A stretch of DNA of 64,000 nucleotides from Octopus sinensis (GCF_006345805.1 NC_043010.1:48856001-48920000); one strand, 5' to 3'; positions 26,579 through 39,256 are shown, counted from the stretch's first letter. Numbers and translations: made by a program. The notes: generated by a model from the sequence alone, not told the origin.

Positions 26579-26682
26579 ATAGTTATCCGTAATAATGAAG
26601 GGTGAAATTAATTAATTTGGAATAATTATCAATTACACCAAGTAGTCTTCGGCATGTAAAAGCCTCATTCGAGGAAAATTTA

Positions 26683-26928
26683 AGTAATACTAAGCAATAA
26701 AGGGTTTAGCAACGAATTGCCTTACCACATACCGAATTTAGAAATAGCAGTCAAAGAGTTATAGCTATTTCTTCTACTAAAAAGGAGATCTCAGTAAAAA
26801 CAGATTGCTGTTTTTACTGAGATCTCCTTTTTAGTAGAAGAAATAGCTATAACTCTTTGACTGCTATTTCTAAATTCGGTATGTGGTAAGGCAATTCGTT
26901 GCTAAACCCTTTATTGCTTAGTATTACT
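26683..26928. repeat. Perfect palindrome: 121-bp arms, 4-nt loop (attg)
   Basis: 26683-26803 is the exact reverse complement of 26808-26928, checked by eye along the whole arm. Confidence 0.95.
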
Positions 26929-27179
26929 ATATATATATATATATATATATATCGTTTTTAATTTACCATAGAGTCTCAAGGATCGAAAGTTTCGTGCATA
27001 GCACTTAGAGTGTCAGTCACTTTTGAAATTTTTTGTCATTTAAAAATCAAATATGTATACATAAACATACATTGGGTGTTATTTCAGCTGCTTATTCTTC
27101 TACATATATCAGGTAAATACATCCTTCTGACATGAGTGACCATAGGTCTGCACCTAGGAAGCTTCTTCCCGAGGCACAA

Positions 27180-27440
27180 GTCCGGTCAAGGATTTTTATG
27201 GAAGATTAACCGCCACCCATGCATGCCAGGCTCTCTTCTTCCCTCCACTGATATTATCTAAGGGAAAGGCAAAGGCTGATACAGCTTGGCAGCAGTGACA
27301 TCACAACTCATTTCTGCAGCTGAGTGAACTGGAACAAAGTGAAATAAAGCGTCTTGCTCAAGAACATTATACACAGCCCGGTCCGGGAATCGAACTCAGT
27401 ACCTCATGTTTGTGAGCCCGACACTAACCAGTGAACTAAA
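27180..27440 (-). mobile_element. SINE family D
   Basis: Reverse complement matches the family D head and body. Confidence 0.8.
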
Positions 27441-27564
27441 GCATATGCATACATATATACATGGATATGTGAATCTACATATATATAGGTACATGTACAT
27501 ACATACAAACTCATACTCAGGCACGTTCAAATACATACATACATACTTATATGCATTACATACA

Positions 27565-27607
<43 letters not shown>

Positions 27608-28167
27608 CTTCTGCTCTCTAAAACAATATTGAAGAGTTAACATAAGATTATAATGCTAATGTAGTGCGTCTTAATTGGCCTTTTAATCATTCGCCAGTCT
27701 GTAAGGCTTTGGTGATATATCACTTGGGTATTTAGATGGCATTCTAATGGCGATGCCAACAGAAGCCATTTAGAGATTAACCCAGGCTACATCTGATCCG
27801 ATAATGGGCGAATCCTCCGCCGACGGTCGACAATCGGCGGCAGGGTGAACTGCTACGAATTACACCATCCTAAAATGTGTATTTGTGACCGGGGACCACA
27901 TGTGAACTTGTATTTCTACTGAAACTCTGAACACGAACTCTACACCTCTACAACGAATGACGACTAACGGCTACGGCGTACCCACTATCCAATGTGCATA
28001 CTCTCTTTGTGATGCTTTGTCAAATGTGCAAGCTGGAGTGTTGGGGCCGCAATGAGGAGCATTGCTTTGCCTGCTGGAACGTTTGGGCCGACCGTCGGAA
28101 TGGTCGGCATTCGTGTGGGAGGTAGTGAACTCGTTGGTCGGAGCCGTTGAATGCTGTCGCAAATATA

Positions 28168-28575
28168 GGCGTAGGAGTGGCTGTGTGGTAAGTAGCTTGT
28201 TTACCAACCACATGGTTCCGGGTTCAGTCCCACTGCGTAGCACCTTGGGCAAGTGCCTTCTACTATAGCCTCGGGCCGACCAAAGCCTTGTGAGTGAATT
28301 TGGTAGACGGAAACTGAAAGAAGCCCGTCGTATATATGTATATATATATATAGATGTATGTGTGTGTGTTTGTGTGTCTGTGTTTGCCCCCGTAGCATTG
28401 CTTGACAACCGATGCTGGTGTGTTTATGTCCCCGTCACTTAGCAGTTCGGCAAAAAGAGACCGATGGAATAAGTACTGGGCTTACAAAGAATAAGTCCCG
28501 GGGTCGAGTTGCTCGTTTAAAGGCGGTGCTCCAGCATGGCCGCAGTCAAATGACTGAAACAAGTAAAAGATAAAA
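28168..28575 (+). mobile_element. SINE family A, full length
   Basis: ggcgtaggagtggctgtgtggtaag..ggttccgggttcagtccc (box-B-like)..gactgaaacaagtaaaaga. Confidence 0.92.
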
Positions 28576-28789
28576 GAAGAAGATATGTAGAGAAGGATAG
28601 CTGACGAAAACGAAATAACTAGCGACCTTCTTATTTGTATTGTGAATAAAAACGCGCTTAGAGGAATATTCTTAAGACATAGCATGTAAGGTGAGAAGAA
28701 CAGCCACTTACGTTCAAGGACATTCTGATGGTGATATGATTCGTGGATTTGGGTGATCGTGTAGGTGGCGATAACAATGAAGGCAACTA

Positions 28790-29090
28790 CGGTGACAACA
28801 ACGACGGTGACGACGACGACGACAATACTGATGATGATGCTGATGAGGAGGAGGAGGAGGGAGTTGATGGTTGAGAAGGAGATGGAGGAGGAAAAAAGAC
28901 GTGAAGGAAGATTTCGATGATGGCGATAATGATGATGATGATGACGACGATGATATCGAGTGGAAGAAAAGAAAGATTTTTATGACGATGATGATGATGA
29001 TGATGATAAGGCAGAGAACAAGGAGAAGGAGAAAGCGAAGGAAGAGGAGGGTTTTAATGATGATGATGATGATGAAAAGGAAAAGGAAAA
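28790..29090. repeat. Purine-rich (GAT/GAC/GAG)n low-complexity tract
   Basis: Direct reading. Confidence 0.85.
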
Positions 29091-29219
29091 TGAGTCGATT
29101 TTGCTTTGTTGTTTTGTTTTGTGTTGTTTTGTTGTTTTCTTTTATATGGAAATATTAATTCTTATCAAAAACTTGTGGTGGGTTTTCTCCCCCCATCATA
29201 CCTCTTTTTTTTTTATCAG

Positions 29220-29336
29220 ATAAACTGCTTTTGTCAAATGGATACGCAGCTGATTCAGACGATTTATCACCGAACACACTGCTGGCAAAGGCATTATGCA
29301 CCAAAGACGGTGAAACCGATGACAAATGTTATAGAG
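29220..29336 (+). CDS. Internal coding exon B (117 nt, phase 1-1), paralog of exon A: (D)KLLLSNGYAADSDDLSPNTLLAKALCTKDGETDDKCYR
   Basis: Acceptor ctcttttttttttatcag, donor GAG|gtaaga. In-frame one-codon indel relative to exon A; homology is largely confined to the exon. Confidence 0.85.
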
Positions 29337-29454
29337 GTAAGACATTTCTACCTGCTCATTTATCAGAAGGTCATAAAACTGTAGACCTACTTAATTTGCT
29401 TTAGCATCGACTTATCATCAGTCATACGAACCTATCAGGCTTAAATGCCATTCA

Positions 29455-29790
29455 TATACGTACATACGTACATAAATAAATATATACTTACATACATATA
29501 TACATGCATACATACATACATACATACATACATACATACATACATACATACATGCATGCATGCATACATACATACATGCATACATACATACATAGATTCA
29601 TACATACATACATACATAGATTCATACATACATGCATACATACATACATACATACATACATACATACATACATAGATTCATACATACATATATACATACA
29701 TACATTCATACATAAATGCATACATTCATACATACATACATACATACATACATACATACATACATACATTCATTTATACATACATACACA
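29455..29790. repeat. (CATA)n tract
   Basis: Direct reading. Confidence 0.96.
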
Positions 29791-29899
29791 TTTATACTTT
29801 CTCTCTTTCTTCATATATATATATATATATATAGTGTGTGTGTGTGTGTTTATAGATTGGCTGACAGATGCATACACACACAAATGTGTCTATGTATGT

Positions 29900-30139
29900 A
29901 TATCTGTGTATGCATGTTTTTGTGTTTGTTCATCCACTGTTTGATAATTGGTGTCGATTTGTTTACGTCCTACGTCCCCGTAACGTAGCGGTTCGGCAAA
30001 AATGGAACCGATAAAATGAGTACCAGACTTCAAAAAATATAAATACTGGCGTCTCTATGTTCGCCTAAACCCCTGAATCTGGTATTCCATCATGGCCACA
30101 GTCCAATGATTGATACAAGTAAATATTGTGTGTGTGTGT

Positions 30140-30172
<33 letters not shown>

Positions 30173-30330
30173 GTTGTGTCTGTGTGCTAAGAAGTTTGCT
30201 TTCCAGCCACATGGTTCTGGGTTCAGACCCATCACATGGCACCTTGGACAAGTATCTTCTACTATAGCCTTTGGCCGACCAAAGCCTTGTGAGTGAATTT
30301 GGTAGACAGAAACTGTAAGAAGTCTGTCGT
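29900..30330 (+). mobile_element. SINE family A: a 3' half followed by a separate 5' half
   Basis: Tail at about 29900-30122, (TG)n, head at about 30170-30330. Confidence 0.75.
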
Positions 30331-30369
30331 GTGAAAAGATTCATACAGGTACGAAATAAAAATAATTAT

Positions 30370-30965
30370 CATTTTCTACTATAGGCACAAGGCCTAAAAT
30401 TTGGAGTAGCTGAACAGTCGGTGAAATCGACCCCAGGACTTCACCTTTCATTCTTCTGGGGTCAACAAAAAATACCAGTCAATTTTCTGAATCCAGTTAA
30501 TCGACTAACCCCTCCCCTAAAAATTACTGGCTTTGTATCTAAACTAGGAAAAGTTTTTTTAGGGCAGTGGCTTCAGAGAATCATAAGAGAATCGGCCAAA
30601 ATGCCTTGTGGCATTTGTTCTGATTCTATATGTTCTGAGTTCAAATTCCGCTGAGCTCAAATCTTCCAGAACGATAAAATGAAGCTCCAGTCAAATGTTT
30701 GAGTCGATTTGTTCCTCTCCCAATATTTCAGGCTTTTTGCCAATATTGGCTTATCAAGGCGGCGAGTTGGAAGAATCCTTTGCATGCCGGACAAAAATTC
30801 TTAGCAGCATCTCGTCCGTCTTAATGTTCTGTGTTCAAATTCTGCTGAGGGCGACGTTACATTTTATCCTTTCGGAGTCGATAAAATAAGTACCAGCTGG
30901 CGTTGATGTAATCGATTTACCCCCTCTCCTGAAGTTTCTGGCCTCGTGCTAAAATTTGAAACTAA
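30370..30965. mobile_element. Cluster of degenerate family B copies (clearest at 30768-30965 +)
   Basis: Head and core segments. Confidence 0.7.
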
Positions 30966-31889
30966 TAGTATTATTTTAATTTCTGGCAAGTATGGGTCAC
31001 ATCTCTGGACATGTTTGCACTTGGTGTTTTATTGGTTTTTAACGTATTTTATTCTTGAAGCCGTTGTGTTGTAATACACACATACATAATACATACGTAC
31101 ATTCATACACACATACGTAGTTTAATTTCACGAGCAAGCCTTTCCGTTGGTCGAATCAACTGCAACCCTCGTCATCGAAACCGACACGTCATGATTTCTT
31201 CAGTACGAGTCAAATATTCAATCTCTCCACTGAAAAATACCAGGCTTTCCCAGCAAGTGTATAATACATCGTAGCACAATTGTTAAGATACCACGTTAAT
31301 TCACAGGATTATATCACCCCCCCCCCCACTTTCCTCTATAATAGTTATATTTACTGTACACGAACATGCTTATTATCCATCTCTTGATATCTCTTTTTAC
31401 ACGTCTTCATTAGGTTCTCTTAATTACACATGTACGACATAATAATATTTAGCTAATTACATGTCAATGATGAAGTGGAACTGATAGTTAAAACATATTT
31501 TTTAATTGTACATGTATGTCCCTTGTGTAAATGTATCTATATTTAAATGTGCGTAATTTCTGAGTGTGTGTGTTCTGTTTTGTTCACTTTGGGAGTTATG
31601 CTTTTATGGGTTTATATAATGCATTAATGTGGGCGATTACAGTCACTCCGGTTTACTTTTTGCATCAAATGAGACGTAAGATCGCTTCCACAGCTCCTAA
31701 TACGAATCGATTCTCATGATACGAATCAATTCTCCACATTTTTGATATCTTCATTTCGAATGTTCGTAAAAACTTCATTCAGTTTCTATAGGTAAAGGTC
31801 GAAGCTAGACTTGTTGCAGATGATAGTAAAATATTTCTCAAATCACGCCCTGTTGTAATTTTAATAAAGAACATATTGAATAAATTCTT

Positions 31890-32095
31890 TCTACTATAGC
31901 CACAAGGCCTGAAATTTGGGGGAAGGGGATAGTTGATTACATCGACCCCAGTACTAAACTGGTACTTATTTCATCGAACCCGAAAGAATGAAACCAAAAT
32001 CGATCTTGGTGGAATTTGAACTCAGAACTAAAGACAGGCGAAATATTCCTGAGCATTTTGTCCGATGTGCTAACGATTCTGCCACCTCGCCGCCT
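31890..32095 (-). mobile_element. SINE family B
   Basis: Core and head on the minus strand. Confidence 0.8.
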
Positions 32096-32250
32096 GTTTT
32101 ATCCAATATTATCCATATTGGATAATACAGTCCTAGATGCAGCGCGTCAATAAAGTAGATGGATGGTCATGATCATAAGTCCTTTTGGCAAGTAGGTAAG
32201 CAACTTTTACCTCCGAGATATCATCAGCATCATCATCATTAATGTTGTGA

Positions 32251-32482
32251 AGGCGGCGAGCTGGCAGAGTCGTTAGCACGCCGGGCGAAATGCTTAGCGG
32301 TATTTCGTCTGTCGCTACGTTCTGAGTTCAAATTCCGCCGTGGTCAACTTTGCCTTTCATCCTTTCGGGGTCGATTAAATAAGTACCAGTTACGCACTGG
32401 GGTTGATGTAATCGACTTAATCTGTGTGTCTGTCCTTGTTTGTCCCCTCTATGTTTAGCCCCTTGTGGGCAGTAAAGAAATA
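32251..32482 (+). mobile_element. SINE family B, full length
   Basis: Complete head, core and tail. Confidence 0.92.
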
Positions 32483-32638
32483 GATACTTATTGTCAGATT
32501 GATAAAGAAAGTAGAGATTATATATTTTTTAATCTTCTATGACAATACCAGTGGATATCTTTACTCTGTTATGGTATATCTGTATTCTGAAGAAGAGGAA
32601 CATTATTATTCTCCGATGATTTACAACAACAACGATAG

Positions 32639-32735
32639 TGGAGGCACAATGGCTCAGTGGTTATGGCAACGGACTCGCGGTCGTAAGAACGCGGTTTCGA
32701 TTCCCAGACCGGGCATTGTGAGTGTTGATTGAGCA
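32639..32735 (+). mobile_element. Family C head only
   Basis: ggaggcacaatggctcagtggtt..ggtttcgattcccagaccgggc. Confidence 0.8.
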
Positions 32736-33024
32736 AAATCAGAGGTATTGCTCCTCTGGAGGCGGTGCAAAGTTCTAAGGAGGTGTTGAAAAAAAGTGGG
32801 GCGATAAAGGGGGTAGCAGTTAATGTAAAAATTAGGGCGATAATGGGGGTAGCGATTAATGCAAAAACAACAAAATAATAGTTTAAGTTTTATTTGTGAA
32901 ATACAGTTGCTTTGAGTTTGCTTCAGAAAGAGGTTTATGTTTGTGGTGGTAAGTGGGGGTGGGACGCTAGGAATGTAGCCTATGTGTCAAGGAGGCGGCA
33001 GCCCCTAAAAGTTTAGGGACCACT

Positions 33025-33360
33025 GTTTAGTCGAACAAATCGGTCCCAGTACTCATTTTCTATTAAAGTTTGATTCTTATTGTATTGGTCTCTTTTGCTG
33101 AACTGCTAAGTTACGTAATCAAACCAACATCGGTTGTCAAGCGGTGGTGAAAGAGAAACACAAAGACAGCCACACATAGATACATGCATGTGTGTGTGTG
33201 TGTTGTGATGGGCTTCTTTCAGTTACCACCAACCAAATCCACTCACAAGGCTTTGATCAGTCCAGGGCTATAGCAGAAAAACACAAGCCCCTAGGTGCCA
33301 CACAGCTTGACTGAACCCATATAGCTGGGAAGCGAGCTTTTTAACCGCAGAGCCACACTT
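33025..33360 (-). mobile_element. SINE family A, degenerate
   Basis: Body and head segments recognisable. Confidence 0.7.
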
Positions 33361-33783
33361 TCAGAAACGCATTACACAGATGTAAATGTTTTCCTTCATC
33401 GAGTTCTATTTAATTTATCCACTGAGGCTATGTCTCAACACAGAGCTGTTTTAGATTCGATTAGGTGTTAATTTGTTAAACGATTCATCTGTGTGTTTAT
33501 TTATTTTCTTAACCCATTGATTTTCGTCCGTTGTTATTATTGAATTTAGGTTTCCTACTCTGTGCAACACACGATTTACGTTGTTTTGCACTTTTGATTG
33601 TTTTTGTTTGTTTTTTTTTTTCTTAAAGCCATGATTTTTCGTCTTAACATCTGATGTGTAGATTTTTCTTTTTTCATTTTTTTCCGTTTTGCTTCTTTTA
33701 TTTTTCATTCGTAATAACTTTTTCTAAGAGGTATATTGTCTTTTTTTTTTAATTGTTGTTGCCGTTGTTGTTACTGTTAAACA

Positions 33784-34116
33784 TTAGCTTGCCTACCAAC
33801 CACATGGTTCCGGGTTCAGTCCCACTGCGTGGCACCTTGGGTGAGTGTCTTCTGCTATAGCCTCGGGCCGACCAGAGCCTTGTGAGTGGATTTGGTAGAC
33901 GGAAACTGAAAGAAGCCTGTCGGATATATGTATATATATATATGTATGTGTGTGTTTGTTTGTGTGTCTGTGTTTGTCCCCCTAGCATTGCTCGACAACC
34001 GATGCTGGTGTGTTTATATCCCCGTCACTTAGAATAAGTATTGGGCTTACAAGGAATAAGTCCCGGGGTCGAGTTGCTCGACTAAAGGCGGTGCTCCAGC
34101 ATGGCCGCAGTCAAAT
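33784..34116 (+). mobile_element. SINE family A, 5'-truncated, small internal deletion
   Basis: Body and tail match the family. Confidence 0.88.
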
Positions 34117-34256
34117 GAATGAAACAAGTAAAAGAGTAATTTATCCTTGTGCTTTGTTTTTTAAGACAGTAGTGTGTAATCTGAGGGTAATAATTTGGCA
34201 GCTATTTCTAACAAGATACGTCACCATATACAGACTTTAATACTGATTGGATGTCA

Positions 34257-34445
34257 GGCGGCGAGATAGCCGAATCGTTAGCACGCCGGGCAAAATGCTT
34301 AGCGGCATTTCGTCCGTCTTTACGTTCTGAGTTCAAATTCCGCCGAGGTTAACTTTGTCTTTTATCCTTTCGGGATCGATAAAATAAGTATCAGTTGAGT
34401 ACTGGTGTCCAATGGAATCAACTTATCTCCTCCCCGAAACTACTG
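34257..34445 (+). mobile_element. SINE family B
   Basis: Head and core. Confidence 0.85.
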
Positions 34446-34856
34446 GCTTTGTGTGTGTGTGTGCGCGGTGTGTCTGTGTGAGTGTGTTTGTAATATATAT
34501 ATATATATATATTTGTGTGTGTGTACAGCAACCCCTGCATTATGAAAATGCTGCGTTTCTAAAAGTTTTGCCATAATGTAGAATTTCGTAAAGCAAAACT
34601 GAATTTCCTCTTGATTTGCATGCTTTCCATTTACATGCTTTCAATTTTTCCGGAAAACAAAGCAAGTAAGAGAACCAGCTTTATGCATAAACTGAGCTAT
34701 TTTAAACATTTATCTTACAATATATCTAAAAATACTTGGAAAGTAATGTATCAGAGAATAAATAGGAACTACCTTTTAGTTTCAGTGATTGTCGTGTTAT
34801 GTTCACATACTCAGGAGCCATTCCATTTTATCATTACATCAGATCTATGAAAAAGC

Positions 34857-35310
34857 TGTGACCCCCTTCGGTCATGAATGACCGTGGGATTACACCTAGA
34901 AAGTTACCCTCCCAGGCACAAGTCTGGGCAAGGTTGTTTATGCAAGACCAGCAGTGGCCCACGCATACCAGCCTCCCCTCTCCACGCCACCGATGTTACC
35001 CAAGGGAAAGGCAAAGGCCGATACAGCGTGGCTCATTTATTAACGTGCAAGTGGCTGAGCACTCCACAGACACGTGTACCCATAACGTAGGTCTCGGGGG
35101 AATTCACCGTGACACAGAGTGTGACAAGGCTGGCCTTTGAAATAAAAATACAACAGAAACAGGAAGAAAGAGTGAGAGAAAGTTGAGGTGAAAGAGTACA
35201 GCAGGGTTCACCACCCACTCCCTGCCGGAGCCTCGTGGAGCTTTAGGTGTTTTTGCTCAATAAACACTCACAAAACCCGGTCTGGGAATCGAAACCGCGA
35301 TCCTATGACC
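34857..35310 (-). mobile_element. Family C body (35020-35310) abutting a family D tail (34857-35025)
   Basis: Segments match 41848-42232 and 12498-12832. Confidence 0.8.
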
Positions 35311-35795
35311 TATGAAAAAGTAATTATCTGAATTTTAAATGGGTACCTATTTAAGAATGACCTTCTTTTTTCTGTATTGTCATTGTAGACGTTGCAAAGT
35401 TCAATGCTTTTGCAGTATGGCTGTTTTTCTTCTGTATCAAACCTTTCTGAAACATTAAATCTATGTTTTAAAATAATCCCTATAAAATTCCTTTTTGCAC
35501 TACGGCTTTGGGCTCCAAGCAATGACTTCTTTCCAGCCATATGGACTAAAGGTAATGAACTGTAGTTAAATCGTACAACAGCAGTGACAGACAAGGAATT
35601 CACAATCGAATGTATTGCTAAAAAAAATTGTTAAGTGTGTGTATGTCTCTGTATTTGTGTACGTATCGGAGTTATTGTTTGTGGAGTGATCTGTAGCTTT
35701 AACATTAGTTAAAAATTAACATAGCTCCAGTAAGAACGTGCTTACGAGCTGTATCGGGCAGAAAGACAAATATTATATATATATATATATATATC

Positions 35796-36019
35796 GGAGA
35801 GTTGGTTTTCGGCAGTTGAAAATGTATCTGGGTCTTAAAACGAACTGTAGTTTTAATTTTTTAACGAATTTATTAAAATACCATTCCGGTTTCAATATTC
35901 TTTGCTTTTCGTGGGCTTAGGAGATACTGAAGGTACAAGAGAAAACTGTTGAAAAAATTTTAAAACTATAATTCGCTTTAAGACTCAGGTGCATTTTCAA
36001 TCCTCGAAACGAACTCTCC
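35796..36019. repeat. Imperfect inverted repeat, about 75-bp arms (old MITE/foldback)
   Basis: ggagagtt..ttgaaaatgtatctgggtcttaaaacgaactgtagtttt pairs with aaaactataattcgctttaagactcaggtgcattttcaa..aactctcc. Confidence 0.8.
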
Positions 36020-36515
36020 TGAGAATGAATACACTTCTTTTCTACACACACGCACACAGACACACACACAGAGGCATACACACACATACACACACAAGAG
36101 AGAGAGATAGAGAGAGAGAGAAATACATATATATGAATACCTTTACACACACACACATGCATACATGTATATATTTCCTTACTCGGACACGCTCATACTC
36201 TACATGTAGAACGGCGCATGTTCAATATGAACGTATATAAAATTTTTAAAAAAAACATTTGCATGTACCGATTTATATACATAAAAATAAAGTATGTGCT
36301 CATTTGAACCTATTCATCACCGTTGATATGTTATATAATGAAACTAAATAAATTAAGGAAATTTAAAACAATAAAATCTATGAAAATAAAATACGATATT
36401 AATAAATGGCTAAACTTCAAGAAGAGTTCATTATACACTTGGGTGTATAAAAAGAGAAAACTTTGAGCAAATTGATGCTTTTATAAGCCTGAATACCACT
36501 TGTTTGTATGTGCTT

Positions 36516-36559
<44 letters not shown>

Positions 36560-36764
36560 CACTAAGACGAAAGAATCTAAAAAGCCTCCTGAGAGAAAAC
36601 ATTGTGAATTCACTTCACGCAAACATGCGACGATTAGAAACTCCAAACGTACATAAACTAATAAAGGAAATTTATATTAACACAAAGGTAATCAGAAGAA
36701 CTATATCTCTGGATCTGCATGTATGTCTGGACGGATGGATGGATGCATAGTTATTTATGCATAG

Positions 36765-36829
36765 TTGAATATATATGTATGTACAAACATATATATAGTG
36801 TATGTATTTATATGCATATATGTGTATCG

Positions 36830-36877
<48 letters not shown>

Positions 36878-37179
36878 CCTTAAACACATGTGTATATATG
36901 TGTGTTAATCCATGCATATATACACATAATTGTGCGTACGTATATGTATGAGCATATGTGAGCAAGTACATGAAATATATAAATAAACACACACACACTT
37001 ATGCACATACAATGCATACACATACATACTTGTGTGTGATTGTTAAACATATATATATATATACACGCGCGCGCGCACGCAGAAACATACACAGATCAAT
37101 ATATATACATGAATGTATGTAAGTATGTTTGCATGTAGATTTATGTACTTCTACATATATAGATGTTATACGTACATAC

Positions 37180-37253
<74 letters not shown>

Positions 37254-37501
37254 CGCATGTATGTATGTATATATATATGTATATGAGCACACTGTGTATA
37301 ACCGAATAAAGAAATATTTTAAAGAAACAACAAACGAAGAAAGACCTAGAATTTTCAAAAGTTTCCGCGTCTCTCGAAATGAACTCTTTATATATATTCT
37401 TCTCCAGTCGTCTAGTCAAATAATCGATCTCTTAGCTGGGTGGGGGGACCAGCAATCAATTAGTTTAACAAGTCGCGCGGGCACACAAACATTTGTGTGC
37501 G

Positions 37502-37537
<36 letters not shown>

Positions 37538-37720
37538 GGATATGTACATACATACAGATGCATATATATGTATGAATATATATATACGTATGAATATATA
37601 TATTATATATATATATATATATTATATATATATATATATGTACTTGATATATATATATATATACTTGATATATATATATATACTTTTGATATATATATAT
37701 ATAGATATATATATATATAC

Positions 37721-37752
<32 letters not shown>

Positions 37753-37920
37753 ATACCATATATATATATATATATATATAATACCATATATATATATATA
37801 TAATATATAATATATATATATATACCATATATATATATATATATATATGAATGTATACATATATATATGTGCCTCTGTGTGTGTGTGTGAGTGTGTGTGT
37901 GTGTGCGCGTGTGTTTCTGT
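36765..37920. repeat. (TA)-rich fields with a short unique spacer (about 37300-37490)
   Basis: Direct reading. Confidence 0.9.
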
Positions 37921-38294
37921 GCAAATTTGGAAAATAACGCACACAACCGAAGTGAAAGAGAAGGGAATGAGTATTAGGTGTGTATGTGGTGGTGGGGGTG
38001 TTATCGGAAATGTTTTGGTAAGAAATGTCTCCGTTGTTATTGTTTAGTTTTGTCAGCTAAAGCAGCGGAGAATAAGATGCAGAGTAGGTGTTTGTGGTAG
38101 CGGTAGTGGTGATGCTGTTGATGATGGTGACGGTGTTGGTGGTGATGGGGGATGGGTTTGGTGATTTAGGTGGTGGTGTTGATTGTGTTGGTTAATGAGA
38201 GGAATGATGACGATCTAAGGACGAGGAACGAAAAATGTCTGCGCTATTGACTAACTCAGACACGATGTTTATACAGACATAAATACTAGTTCCA

Positions 38295-38850
38295 AAGTTT
38301 GGCTCAAGGCCAAAAATTTGAGGGGAAGGGTAAGTCGATTACATCGACCTCAGTGTTCACTGGTACTTGTTTTACCATTTAAGATGAAAGGCAAAGGGGA
38401 CCTTGACGGAATTGGAGCTCAAAACTTAAAGTCGGACGAAATGCCACGAACCATTTTGTACGACGTGCTAACGATTCTTTTCTTCTCTAGGCACAAGGAC
38501 CGAAATTTTGGGGGAGGAAGCCAGTCGATTAGATCGACCCCAGTACGCAGCTGGTACTGAATTTATCGACTCTGAAAGGATGTAAGGCATGCTCAACTGG
38601 TTAAGGGACATGCTCAACTGGTTAAGGTCATATTATTATTAAGGCCGCGAGCTGGCAGAATCGTTAACACGCCGGGTGAAATGCTTAGCGACACTTCATC
38701 TGTCTGCACGTTCTGAGTTCAAATTCCAAGTTCAAATTCCACCGAGGTCGACTTTGCCTTTCATGATAAAGTAAGCACCTATGAAACACTGAGGTCGATG
38801 TAATCGACTAGTCCCCTTCACGCAAATTTCAGGCCTTGTGCCTATAGTAG
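38295..38850. mobile_element. Three family B copies (two minus, one plus at 38642-38850)
   Basis: Head and core segments. Confidence 0.78.
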
Positions 38851-39124
38851 AAATGATTATTATTTATTATCATTATTATTATGAGATGAAAAGTCACAGC
38901 TTGTCTTGCTGGGTATGATGAAAAGTGTCAGCTGTCCACAGCCATTAGACTAAGGTGATACATGTTTACCGGTCATGCTTTAAGAACCCTGCGAAGAATT
39001 TTTGCAGTTCCAAGAAATGCTGATTTTTGTAGGTGTTCTACCTTCACACTTGCCCCAATCTTTTTCGGTCATGCTGGTAGTTGAGGGCTGATACTTCCAA
39101 GTGCACTAATTACTATTGGTATCA

Positions 39125-39256
39125 TGTCTACTCTCTTCATTGACCACAACCTTCGTATTTCCTTAACACGTCTACTCTCTTCATTGGCCACAATCTTCGT
39201 ATTTCGTTAACACGTATACTCTCTTCGTTGACCACAACCTTCGTATTTCCTTAATA
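39125..39256. repeat. Minisatellite, 3 x 44 bp
   Basis: Unit cgtctactctcttcattgaccacaaccttcgtatttccttaaca. Confidence 0.92.

Noticed and set aside
28871-29223. Acidic D/E-rich ORF, or a decayed paralog of the 33-nt exon upstream of exon B
   Set aside because: Low-complexity purine tract; the resemblance (ggttttaatgatgat versus ggtcttgatgat) is too short and lacks splice sites.
31790-31870. Reverse-transcriptase remnant RLVADDSKIF
   Set aside because: A single short motif match, too little to call.
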